Source of the DNA: an uncultured virus (IMG/VR IMGVR_UViG_3300042560_002070)
Taxonomy: Duplodnaviria; Heunggongvirae; Uroviricota; Caudoviricetes
Reading direction: 5' to 3' (one strand)
DNA: 64,000 nt
IMG/VR virus record: IMGVR_UViG_3300042560_002070
In this document: piece by piece, positions 8,815-18,900 of the stretch
Numbering within the stretch: the first letter of the stretch is position 1
Layout: each line of letters opens with the position of its first letter
Made by a program: the position numbers and the translations under genes
Notes under the pieces: generated by a model
Database searches by the model: none
Seen by the model: the letters and a program-made list of their open reading frames with translations, nothing else
What the model was told of the DNA's origin: nothing

Positions 8815-10797
8815 ATGAAACTGACTATCGGAATGGCAACTTATGAAGACTTCGATGGAGTGTTTTTTACCGTCCAGTCTCTGAGGATGCATCAGGGATT
8901 ATCACCTGATGATGAAATCATAGTTGTGGACAATAGCCCTGGAACTGCTCAGGGTAACGCTGTCAAGAACTTCTGTGAGTCAACTGGTGTTCGATACATA
9001 CCAATGCAAGGAGCCAGTGGTACAACGCAAACGCGAGAGCGAGTTTTTAGAGAAGCGACTGGTGACATTGTGTTGTGCATGGACTGTCACGTTCTGTTGG
9101 CATCTCAGGCAATAGCTCGTCTCAAGCAGTGGTATCGTCAGCATCCAGATACGATGGATCTTTACCAGGGACCAATGATCCTAGATCAGCTTAACTGGTC
9201 CTACACTCACTTCGATCTTAGGTGGCGAGATCAGATGTGGGGTATCTGGGGAACAGCGTGGAAGTGTGAACATGGTTACTTTACTGTTCACGAGAAAGAT
9301 GGCAAAGCTGGCTACTTTATTTTGAATCCAGAGATGACTCCTGTTCCAGAGGAGTGGGGCTTACCTAAGCTTGACTACTTTGGTTCGGTTCAGGAGTTAC
9401 TTGCCAGAGGCTACAAGCTGGCTGCTGGTAGCCCAGACGATGAACCGTTTGAGATACCTGCTCAAGGGCTCGGACTGTTTACATGTCGCAAAGAAGCATG
9501 GCTTGGATTCAATGAACACTTTCGAGCGTTTGGTGGCGAGGAAGGTTATATCCACGAGAAGTACCGTAAGCATGGACACAAGACCATGTGCTTACCATTC
9601 TTGGTTTGGAACCATCGGTTTGCTAGGCCGAACGGTGTCAGATACACACTGACTCAAGAGGACAAGATTCGCAATTACGTTCTTGGCTTCTTGGAGCTTG
9701 GTAGAGACCTAGAGGAGATTCGATCGCACTTCGCCTCTCAAGGTATGAAGCCAGGAGTGTGGGAAAGGGTCGTTGCCGATCCAGTCAACTTCACGGTGAA
9801 CTCGGCTGTTCTGACCAGTGCTAGTGGTCGACCAGTTTTGCAACCACAGCCTACAAACACCTACAGCCTGGAGGAGGTGTATAGGTGGGTTTCGCAGCAG
9901 CCTCGCGACTTGAATGAGCATATGCCAACCTTGCGTGCCTTGGCTGAAAAGTGTGAGTATGTAGCTGAGATGACTAAGCGGCGAGAGAGTACAGTAGCGC
10001 TCTTAGCAGCTAAGCCCAAAAAGCTGATTAGCTATCAGGAAGAAAATGATGCGATCCTAGATGTCTTGGAGAGACTGAAAGACGGCAACACGGAATTTTC
10101 GATGGTTGTCAGTAGTCTAAATGATATTCCGATTCCTTCCCAAGAAGTTGACCTATTGTTCATCGACACACGGCACAACGCTAACAGGGCAATGAAAGAG
10201 CTTGCCATCTGGAGGGAGCATGTGCGAAAGTACATTATATTCCATGACACTGAATCCAATGGATTTACAGGTGACGATGGCCAGGGAGGTCTGTATTCCG
10301 CGATCCGTCCGCTCATAGAAGAAGGCGTGTGGTTCATTTCGCACCACAACAAAAATCAGTATGGGCTTACGGTGTTAGCGAAAAATCCAGAGGATCGACC
10401 AAAGGAAGCTATATGGCTGTGGCCTCCTGGTTTTGGGCCTGGCACTGAGATGTTTGAGATGCTCAAAGACATTGGCGTAACAGATAAGCCTAACTGTACG
10501 TGCAAAGCAACAGCAAACCAGATGGACATGTGGGGGGTTGAAGGTTGTCGCAATCCTCAGAATTTCCAGTGGATCCTCAATCAAGTTAACGCCAACGCTG
10601 CCAACTGGAAGTGGACAGAGTACTTGGCGATTGCTGCGGCAAATGTACTTAATCCATCAAGCTGGAAGTTCGCTTGGAGTATTGACCCACTCAACATCCA
10701 TAAGAGCCTTATCGAGACTGCCATTAACCTTGCCGAAAAGAAGCAGTGTGATGGTAGCTGTAGTTCTGGCGTGTGTAAGCGAGGGTGCCAGCAGTGA
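8815..10797 (+). CDS. GT2 glycosyltransferase fused to a class I SAM methyltransferase-like domain and a Cys-containing C-terminal domain
   Basis: IIVVDNS, LCMDCH (DxD-like), FGGEEGY; later VDLLFIDTRH and YIIFHDT; C-terminal GPGTE...CTC...MDMWG..GC. Confidence 0.85.
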   Translation: MKLTIGMATYEDFDGVFFTVQSLRMHQGLSPDDEIIVVDNSPGTAQGNAVKNFCESTGVRYIPMQGASGTTQTRERVFREATGDIVLCMDCHVLLASQAIARLKQWYRQHPDTMDLYQGPMILDQLNWSYTHFDLRWRDQMWGIWGTAWKCEHGYFTVHEKDGKAGYFILNPEMTPVPEEWGLPKLDYFGSVQELLARGYKLAAGSPDDEPFEIPAQGLGLFTCRKEAWLGFNEHFRAFGGEEGYIHEKYRKHGHKTMCLPFLVWNHRFARPNGVRYTLTQEDKIRNYVLGFLELGRDLEEIRSHFASQGMKPGVWERVVADPVNFTVNSAVLTSASGRPVLQPQPTNTYSLEEVYRWVSQQPRDLNEHMPTLRALAEKCEYVAEMTKRRESTVALLAAKPKKLISYQEENDAILDVLERLKDGNTEFSMVVSSLNDIPIPSQEVDLLFIDTRHNANRAMKELAIWREHVRKYIIFHDTESNGFTGDDGQGGLYSAIRPLIEEGVWFISHHNKNQYGLTVLAKNPEDRPKEAIWLWPPGFGPGTEMFEMLKDIGVTDKPNCTCKATANQMDMWGVEGCRNPQNFQWILNQVNANAANWKWTEYLAIAAANVLNPSSWKFAWSIDPLNIHKSLIETAINLAEKKQCDGSCSSGVCKRGCQQ

Positions 10798-11378
10798 CAG
10801 ACGAAGAAGTAATTGCTCTATGTAATCCTATTAGTGGTTGGATGTTTGATGATGAACTTCTGTGGCTTCATCGTCAAGCCGAGAAAGCTAGTGTTATCGT
10901 GGAGGTAGGAGTCTGGCAGGGACGCAGTACAACGGCACTGTGCCTTGGCACGAAAGGTACGGTCTATGCGATCGATCACTGGCAGGGATCACCAGCAGAA
11001 CTTGAAGATGCGCACAAAATGATGACCGAGGCAACGGGACGATATCAGGTGTTTATTAAAGCGATCGAAAACCTGTTCCCGTTAATAGACAAAGGAAAAT
11101 GCGTTCCGCTTGTTATGTCTTCGTCTAGTGCGGCTAACCTGCTTGGGCCGATGCTCGAAGAGCTAGGTGGGGCTGACATGATATTCCTTGATGGTAGCCA
11201 TGATGCAGATTCTTTTCGTGACGATCTCCTTATGTGGCAAGATCTGCTTCGATCAGGCGGAACAATTTGTGGGCACGATCGTCATTGGCAAGGCGTGCAA
11301 AGCGTACTCGAAGAAATACTTCCCGCAGCAAAAGCTGGCCCCGGAAGCATTTGGTTTCATGCGAAGGATGGCTCATGA
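10785..11378 (+). CDS. Class I SAM-dependent methyltransferase (Methyltransf_24-like)
   Basis: IVEVGVWQGRST, YAIDHW, MIFLDGSH, GGTICGHD. Confidence 0.9.
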   Translation: MPAVTDEEVIALCNPISGWMFDDELLWLHRQAEKASVIVEVGVWQGRSTTALCLGTKGTVYAIDHWQGSPAELEDAHKMMTEATGRYQVFIKAIENLFPLIDKGKCVPLVMSSSSAANLLGPMLEELGGADMIFLDGSHDADSFRDDLLMWQDLLRSGGTICGHDRHWQGVQSVLEEILPAAKAGPGSIWFHAKDGS

Positions 11379-12025
11379 AGTTCTTGTGTCTGTGTCCAAC
11401 GTACAACCGACCGAAAAGGCTCTTAGATGAGTCCATCTCTAACTTCCGAAAGCAAACCTATCGGAATGCGTTCCTGCTGGTGTACGACGATTTAGGAAGC
11501 CACGATGGCGTTATTGAGGAAGATATGGCGATCGTTACTACGGGAGAGCGAGAGCCAGGGATTGTTGCTAAGTACAACCGAATGCTGGAAATGGCTAAAC
11601 AGTTTGGTGACTTTGATGCTATCGCACTGTGGGATGACGACGATATCTATCTAGCGAATCATCTGAAGTATCATCGACAGATTTTGCAAGTCCATGGCAT
11701 GAGCTATCCGTCCACAGTGTGGAGCACGTACACCGGCAAAATGGATAAGGAAGCCAGTGGTGGTAGGTTCTGGGCATCGCTGGCAATTGAGAAATCAGAG
11801 TTTGATCGGGTGGGTGGATTCGTCAATACGGAGCGAGCCGACTTCGATCAGCAGAGCCTGAACTACTGGCGGCAGAATATATCATGCGGAGATCCGTGTG
11901 AGATTGGTGAGCCAACCTATGTGTTTCGCTGGAGCGATACGGGTTGCCAGCATAGTCAGTACCAGATGCGATCCCCCGACGACACGGGTTGGTATCAGAG
12001 ATTAGCAGTTAGTCAAGGAGTATGA
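11375..12025 (+). CDS. GT2/GT-A glycosyltransferase
   Basis: Start re-called at ATGA overlap (MKFLCLCPTYNRP); LLVYDD and ALWDDDDIYL motifs. Confidence 0.85.
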   Translation: MKFLCLCPTYNRPKRLLDESISNFRKQTYRNAFLLVYDDLGSHDGVIEEDMAIVTTGEREPGIVAKYNRMLEMAKQFGDFDAIALWDDDDIYLANHLKYHRQILQVHGMSYPSTVWSTYTGKMDKEASGGRFWASLAIEKSEFDRVGGFVNTERADFDQQSLNYWRQNISCGDPCEIGEPTYVFRWSDTGCQHSQYQMRSPDDTGWYQRLAVSQGV

Positions 12026-12026
12026 A

Positions 12027-12380
12027 ATGGCAAACGAGTTGAGTGTGCAAACAGGGCTAAGCTATAGTAAAGGTGGCGACGTATACAGCGTTTCCGAGTC
12101 AGTCAGTGTGACTGTAACTGGCAATCCACGAATCAGTGGTCGACAAAACATTGGTACTACTGAAGAACAGTTAGTTCTAGGTGATGTTACTACAGTGGGG
12201 ATTGTCTGGATTAAGAATCTCGACTCCACCAACTTCATTACGGTGGGCACTGTCACTAACCAACGAGGCTTTCGCATTAATGCAGGCGAGAGCTTTGCCT
12301 TTAGAGCAGCGAATAACGCTGTGTTTTGTGCTGCCAATACCGCTGCCGTAGACGTTGCGTACGCCGTCTTCAGTAACTAG
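12027..12380 (+). CDS. Small beta-rich probable virion protein
   Basis: 117 aa, WIKNLDSTNFITVG and RINAGES pattern; RBS AGGAG. Confidence 0.65.
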   Translation: MANELSVQTGLSYSKGGDVYSVSESVSVTVTGNPRISGRQNIGTTEEQLVLGDVTTVGIVWIKNLDSTNFITVGTVTNQRGFRINAGESFAFRAANNAVFCAANTAAVDVAYAVFSN

Positions 12381-12450
12381 CATCGCCAGCCACCCCCTCC
12401 TGGCAAAATGAAAAACAAGTTAAGCGGAAGAATACTTGGAGGGTGATGCT

Positions 12451-14790
12451 ATGTCACGAATGAATATTGATCGGCAGTCGCAGTACAGGAATAGTGCTGC
12501 GCAAAGTGGTGGTGGTAATCGCCCTAGCTCTCAGGCTGGTATGGGAAATCAGAATTCCATGCAGAGCTTTCTTACCTTTAGGCCAAGCGGCAATCCGATG
12601 AGCCCGCTACAACCGCAAAGTCCCTACGACGAGTACTACACGCCTAAGAGAAGTATGACAGATGCCAGGAGCGCGATTAGCGACTTCATGTCCGGAGGCA
12701 ATCAAAGCCGCTCATCCAGTGCACAGCCATCGCCGTCTATTTATGGTTCGGGTAGGCAGCAGCAGATGCCGTTTTTGCCAGGGAGAGGTAGTAGTTCAAC
12801 TACGCAGCCACAATATGATGATTTGTTGTATAGGTTTAACCCTGACGCACCTGCGATGTCAAAGAGAGAGATGATTTATTTAGGTGGGGCTTTCAATAAG
12901 CCTTTAGGTTCTAATCAGGGAAGCAGCTTGAGAGATTTTGCGGTTCCTGTAGCTGCTGGCACTCCTGCGAGTAATCTTTCGCCTGCGCCGGACATGTCTC
13001 TTCTTCCACGCAACCTAAACTCTCTAGGTATTAGTTACGCACCAGGGGTTGGCTCACCGCAGCAGTCTCGGATGCCAGTTCCTCAAGTAGTGTCTGAGCC
13101 TTATCAGAGACCAAATCAAGCGTATCAGCCTTTTTCGTTTGGTTTTGGTAATCGCGATGACTACGTAAAAGTTCCGTACTCGCCTGAGTTGTTTGCTGAT
13201 GCTCCGGCAGGTTACAGCAGTTTTCAGGCTCCTCGGTTTGGGTCCAGTGCTGCCTATGTTAACCCAGAGACTACACAGGCTTTTGATGACTTCAATGCAG
13301 AGGCTCGTCGATTGGCGGCACAGCCACGGGAAGATCTTTATGGCATGACATCCAAGATGATCGCTGATGGTGTTGAACAAGGTCGTCAACAAGGCGTGCA
13401 GGATGCCAATGAAATTGTTGATCGCAACCTGTCTGAGAGTCAGGGGTACTATGCAACTCCATCGCAGAGACGATCCGGCTTCTTTAGTTCCGGCATGGGC
13501 GCATTACCAAGTGATGCTGCAATTATGGAGAGCCAGAATCGTCCTTTGAGTGATGGTGGACCTGCTGCTGCGGCGGCTCGTGCTGACCAAGAAGAAAGTC
13601 GTAAGAGAGCAGAGGATGCTATGGGAGGTCCAAGTCCCGATGGTTTAACTCGCTACATGCCAAATCCAGATCTCCTGGCTTTTGCCAATCAGGATCGACG
13701 CAGAGAGGATCAGCAAAAGTTTTCGGCTTTGCAGGACGCTGGCATGTTCCCGAATCCTCAGTCAGGATCCAATCCCAATATCGGGACTTTCCAGCGTGAA
13801 GATCTTAAGGCAATGACTCCCTCTGAGATTCAGTTCTATCGACACAAGATGAACATGGCGACGAATCCTGTGTATCGCGATCGAATCAATGCTAAGCGCC
13901 AGGCGAGATCGCAGGATTTAGCGAATCAAACGAAGACTCGACTAGAGATGGCTGCTAATCGTCGCCAAGCTGCTGCTGATGCTGCTGGCGCTTCTCAGCA
14001 GTTGAGGAACTTCATGTCGGGCCGAGGTGCTATTGGTGGTGGGCAGGATGGATTCAATGCTCTGATGTCGTTGGCTGCTATGCAGAATCCAAATCAAGCA
14101 TTTAATAGCTATGGTGATTCATACAGAGCACTTATGGCTCCAGGTATGCAATCGGAGATGCTAGATGCAAGTGGAAACATGCTAGAAAAGAAAGCAGATC
14201 TTGATCGCTTGCGGCAGTTTGATGATATGCGTCGTGACATCATTACATCAGGCAGGTCACAGATCGAGCAGGATAGAGCACTGGCACGTTTAAACGACTT
14301 TATTATGGCTGGAAACGGAGGTTCTGGAGTAACGTCAATAAGTTCTCCTCAATACACTTTACCAAGCTGGGTTGATACTCCACAACTTGATCCGGAAGAC
14401 AAGACCACACCTACCGTTGACATTTATCACAACTACATGAAGGGCATTACTGGGAAGCCTGAATGGCAAACACTTTCGCCGCAAGAAAGAAAGGCTATCG
14501 AAAGTAGGATTCGCAGGGATTATTTCCCTGGTATTCGAGACTCTGACATCTTGCAACACAAGCAAGACAATGCTCCGAATTTCTTTAGCAGATGGATTGG
14601 CTACCCGCTCCAGTCGCTCTTTGGTACTGATCCAGCGAGTGAGCGTAGGCGCAGGGAAGATGAAAGCGTCTACGAGTCGTACACTCCAGTTCCAATACCT
14701 CAGACGACTCCAGCTACTCAGGGCAACAAGAAGCCTAATGAAGAAAAAAAAGCTAGTCCTCCACAGCAGTTCTATTATAGGGCTAGATAG
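12451..14790 (+). CDS. Probable internal virion/ejection protein
   Basis: ~779 aa rich in Q/S/P/A/M, no Cys; start at ATG after GGAGG; precedes giant virion protein. Confidence 0.6.
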   Translation: MSRMNIDRQSQYRNSAAQSGGGNRPSSQAGMGNQNSMQSFLTFRPSGNPMSPLQPQSPYDEYYTPKRSMTDARSAISDFMSGGNQSRSSSAQPSPSIYGSGRQQQMPFLPGRGSSSTTQPQYDDLLYRFNPDAPAMSKREMIYLGGAFNKPLGSNQGSSLRDFAVPVAAGTPASNLSPAPDMSLLPRNLNSLGISYAPGVGSPQQSRMPVPQVVSEPYQRPNQAYQPFSFGFGNRDDYVKVPYSPELFADAPAGYSSFQAPRFGSSAAYVNPETTQAFDDFNAEARRLAAQPREDLYGMTSKMIADGVEQGRQQGVQDANEIVDRNLSESQGYYATPSQRRSGFFSSGMGALPSDAAIMESQNRPLSDGGPAAAAARADQEESRKRAEDAMGGPSPDGLTRYMPNPDLLAFANQDRRREDQQKFSALQDAGMFPNPQSGSNPNIGTFQREDLKAMTPSEIQFYRHKMNMATNPVYRDRINAKRQARSQDLANQTKTRLEMAANRRQAAADAAGASQQLRNFMSGRGAIGGGQDGFNALMSLAAMQNPNQAFNSYGDSYRALMAPGMQSEMLDASGNMLEKKADLDRLRQFDDMRRDIITSGRSQIEQDRALARLNDFIMAGNGGSGVTSISSPQYTLPSWVDTPQLDPEDKTTPTVDIYHNYMKGITGKPEWQTLSPQERKAIESRIRRDYFPGIRDSDILQHKQDNAPNFFSRWIGYPLQSLFGTDPASERRRREDESVYESYTPVPIPQTTPATQGNKKPNEEKKASPPQQFYYRAR

Positions 14791-14834
14791 GAATATAAAA
14801 AGAATTCATCAACTCAATATAAAAGGATTGAATA

Positions 14835-15926
14835 ATGAGCCGGATGCCATTTAGTTACACTCCACGACCGTTTGTGCCAAGTAAGTCTAGTCCAGATTAC
14901 GACGAGCCTGGTGATTCTGATGATGCTGGCATGGCTGGAAACATCTTATCAGGTGCCATGAATGCTATTAGTCTGCCAGGATCTATGGTGCGAGATGCGA
15001 TCTCGTTTTCCAATCCATTCGATCAGTTGTTTACTCCGTTCAGTGATAAGAATCGAACTAGCGGAGCACAGATTTCTCGCTACTGGATGGGTGGCGACGA
15101 AAACTCTGGTGGCAATCAGATGGCTGGAATGATCATCGACATGCTGACCGATCCGGTCATGTTGGCTAGTGGCGGTACTGCTGCCGCCGCGAAGCTTGGG
15201 GCCAAGGCAGGCATGTCTGCTTTGAAAGGTGCTGGCAAGGTCGCTGACGTCGCGAAAAAAGGATATATGACGCGATTTGATGCGACAGTTCCAGGTAAGA
15301 TGCTCGCCAAGAATAGACCTTACGAGCAGGCTTTGAGCAAAGCAAAGCAAATTGAAGATGATTTAGTTACACGCTATGGAAGTAGAGATACTTGGGATCC
15401 GACTAAAGGTCAGGTTAATAGACAGTTTAATCCATCTGTTAGCCAGGATCGTCGCGCTTACCAAGACATGCTAAAAGCCGAGCGTGATTCGTCAAGATAC
15501 AAATTTGATTACACGGCTCCGGACGAAATACGACGGCAATCGATGGCTGCTTACGGAGCGGATCCTTATCTCGGTGTCAAAGATACGGTAATGCCGATGG
15601 CAGGATCAGCAAGAGATGCTCTCCGTCAACTTGGGACATCTATGTACGGAGGAGTGGCTGACACTCTGAAGTACGGTGCCGGTGGAATGACGAATCTAGC
15701 TGGCAGAGGTCTTGGTTTAAGGACTGGCAGTGCAGCTCCTTTCCGTCAGCGTGATGCACTCGGGCAAATGTATGCGATGGGTACTAACGCATTGCAGACT
15801 GCGACTGGTCAGCGTATGGCAGAAGAACAGTCGATGGAAGACATGATTGTTCAAGCTTTGATGGAAGATCCTCAGCTCATGGACGATCTGTTAATGGCAA
15901 TGGGTGGTGATCAGTCGGAATACTAA
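14835..15926 (+). CDS. Probable internal virion protein; N-terminal domain paralogous to the next gene
   Basis: PGSMVRD, NPFDQLFTPFSDKNRTSG and LTDP shared with the 15941 ORF; Gly/Ala-rich helix. Confidence 0.65.
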   Translation: MSRMPFSYTPRPFVPSKSSPDYDEPGDSDDAGMAGNILSGAMNAISLPGSMVRDAISFSNPFDQLFTPFSDKNRTSGAQISRYWMGGDENSGGNQMAGMIIDMLTDPVMLASGGTAAAAKLGAKAGMSALKGAGKVADVAKKGYMTRFDATVPGKMLAKNRPYEQALSKAKQIEDDLVTRYGSRDTWDPTKGQVNRQFNPSVSQDRRAYQDMLKAERDSSRYKFDYTAPDEIRRQSMAAYGADPYLGVKDTVMPMAGSARDALRQLGTSMYGGVADTLKYGAGGMTNLAGRGLGLRTGSAAPFRQRDALGQMYAMGTNALQTATGQRMAEEQSMEDMIVQALMEDPQLMDDLLMAMGGDQSEY

Positions 15927-15940
15927 AAAGGGATTTTGTA

Positions 15941-18900
15941 GTGGATCCACTAAACGTCAAGCAAGCATTGCGGGCTCTCGTTGCTAACACACCTCGGGAG
16001 CCTGCTCCTTTTGATGAGCCAGAGCGTGACCCAATTAAGAAGCTCGGTAGAAGGATTCAGGCTGACATAGTTAAGGAAGCCCCTCCTGGCTTACTTGAAC
16101 GAGCTGGTAGTACAGCAGCCAGTGGGTTGTCTGCCGTTGGTAATTTGCTTGATGTTCCTGGCTCGATGGCTAGAGACGTACTCACTTGGCTTCCTGGTGG
16201 CCCAAAGCCAGCCAATCCATTCGATCAGCTATTATCGCCATTTAGTGAAAAGAACCGAACCACAGGTCGTGACCTAAACCGTGGCTATGGTTTGTCCGGT
16301 AAAGAAGACACCATGCTTAACTTTACTGGAGGCATGGCAACTGAAATTCTGACCGACCCTCTTACGTACTTGACGTTTGGTGCTAGTGCTCTGACTAAAG
16401 GTGGTCGAGCAGCCAAGGCTCTTGGTATCATGGATGCTGCGCCAGAGGTAGCCAGTCGTGCGTTGGGCCGAAAGGTTGGTAAGCGAGAAGCTCGCCATAT
16501 AGTCACACCAAGAATGCTGTTATCGGATCCGAAGCTAGGTAAAGCAGATTTACGTTTGGCTCTTGAGAACCGCATGCGAAAAGAGTTCGGCTTATCTGAG
16601 GCTGACATGGATCGTCAGCTAGGTGGTCTCGCAAGAATCAATTTGCCATTTTCTGATAAGCCATTCAGCTTTGGTGGTAAGCCATTTACATGGGGCGGCT
16701 TGACCGACGAATACGGAGTTATTGGTGCTGGCAAAATACGAGGTAGAGGTCGTCCTCTCCCTTCACCAGAGATCGAAGTTCCTCCACCACGAGGCGATGA
16801 AGGTGACGGCTGGGGAAGTATACCTGATGACCCTACTCCTCCACCAAAAGGTGGTGGGTCTCCTTCCAATTTAAAGCCAGTAGATAACTTACCTCCACAG
16901 GCAAAGCCTCCTATTCAGCCAGCGGCTGGTACTAAATCTCCAAAACCACTGCCTAAGGATCCAGTTACCGATGAGGCGAAGGTGGCACCTACTGTCAAGC
17001 CAAAGCCAGACTTTGACTACACGCCGAAGGAGTTGGATGCGTTACGCGATTTTGGTTATTCCGACATCGAAGATGTTTCCTATCTCAAAGATACAGCCAA
17101 GGAACATAAAACAAATCCAGTACGCATACTCGCAGTTGAGTCTACTGTTGATAATTTGGTTCAAATGGTTGACAAAGAGGGCTATCCTTTTTTAAAGGCT
17201 CTCGATTATATCGACAGGCATGTGAATGAACGATTAGACTCGCTAGGATTACCTGATGCGTCGTTACCAGAAATTGATTACGCCAAGAAGTATGCTTCGG
17301 TCATTGATCGCCCTGTAAATTTCAACGACATCGTGCAATACGGCAAGCAGCAAGTCGCTGACACTGCAAAGGGTAAGCAGCAGCAAGAGGCTGAGAGAAT
17401 CTTTAAGAAGTTCGGTAGCATTGATCTGGATGAATCCGCCTACTATCGAGCTGTTTTGGGCGAGGTTCCTAAGGCAAAGAAACAAAAGAGTCTTATTAAT
17501 GAAACCGGTGTTGAGGGAAAGGCTCCTTCTGCTGTAGATGCTAGCCCAGAAATACCTCCAGTAAAGCTAAATGAGCCGTTCGTTCACAATACGCGAGTGA
17601 TGGTTATTACTGAGGTAAACGGTGTAAAAGTTCCGTTCTATCTCAGCACTGGAGAGGGAGGAAAGAAATCAGTACCTACTGGTAAATGGTATCCTTTCTT
17701 TGGTGTTGGCAATGATAAGTGGATCAACAAAGGTTCAGAGAAAGCAATTAATGATTTCTATGGCAGTCCCTCCCTGAGAGCTAAGGCTGAAGAGCTAAAT
17801 AACTCATTAGGACCAAATTATAAAATTAGTCAGCCAGATTTGCCGATTGCATTTGATAACACAAAAAAGCTTTCTGGTGATCGACGCTACGTTGCCGCTG
17901 ATGTTAATGAGGGATTTAGCCCAGTTAGCTGGCAGTACGCCGCAGACAATTATAAGTTACATGATGATTACATTAGCAATGCGGTAGCGAGGATTGAAGG
18001 ACGAAGTGCTGATCCTAAGAGTGCCGCGCAATCTGGTGCTGATGTTGCACCGAAAGCTAGAACCTACAAGCGAACCAGTGATGGTGACTATCTATCTGAT
18101 GACGGCAGGGTTTCTGTTGTCAAAACAGGCAGTAACAAATATGAGCTATCGATCGACGGCGTTGCGATAGAGGATTACCCAACTCTGGCAATCGCCAAGA
18201 GGCAAGCTGAGATCCAAATCAATAAACCTAAAAGCAAAACACTCTTTGATGAAGAACCAAAGCAGACTGGTTATCAAGCGACTATCCGTAATAAAGCTAA
18301 GAGACCAGAGCACGGCGACGATAGCGGAATAAAAGAAAAATCTGCAAGGACAATCTATGTAGATGAACGAGGTAGTGGTCTTTCTGCTGCTAATATGACT
18401 GATGTCGAGGATGCACAGATAATTTTTCATCCTGACAATACAGTTTCACTTGCTTGGCGAAACCCAAAAACAGGAAAGCTCAGCGCTTCAAAAAGCACAG
18501 TTAAAGTTCCATACTTCACGGAGCCAGCAGTAGGTTTGCAACCTCTGGAGGTTTGGAATAAGTCAGATTCCAAGCCAGATATTCCGGTCGAAAGTGTCGA
18601 ATCCTACAAAGAAATGCACCTCGGAAACAAAATTACTGAGATTACCAAAGATACACCTGCTAGGTTTAAGACAGCCCGAGGAAGTGAGTACACGATTCTT
18701 GATACTGATTCTGCAAGTGACCTTAAGCTCACAAATAAAAAAGCTAAAGACAAAGATAAATCGTTACCAAGTCACGAGGCTCTTTTTAGAGAAGACCCTG
18801 AACTGTATCAGAGATGGAAGGATGGAGAGGTAGAAGAGTTAAGTCGCTACACCAACAACCCAGAGCACGATGGTATTTACTTCGACTGGGTTGATGCTGG

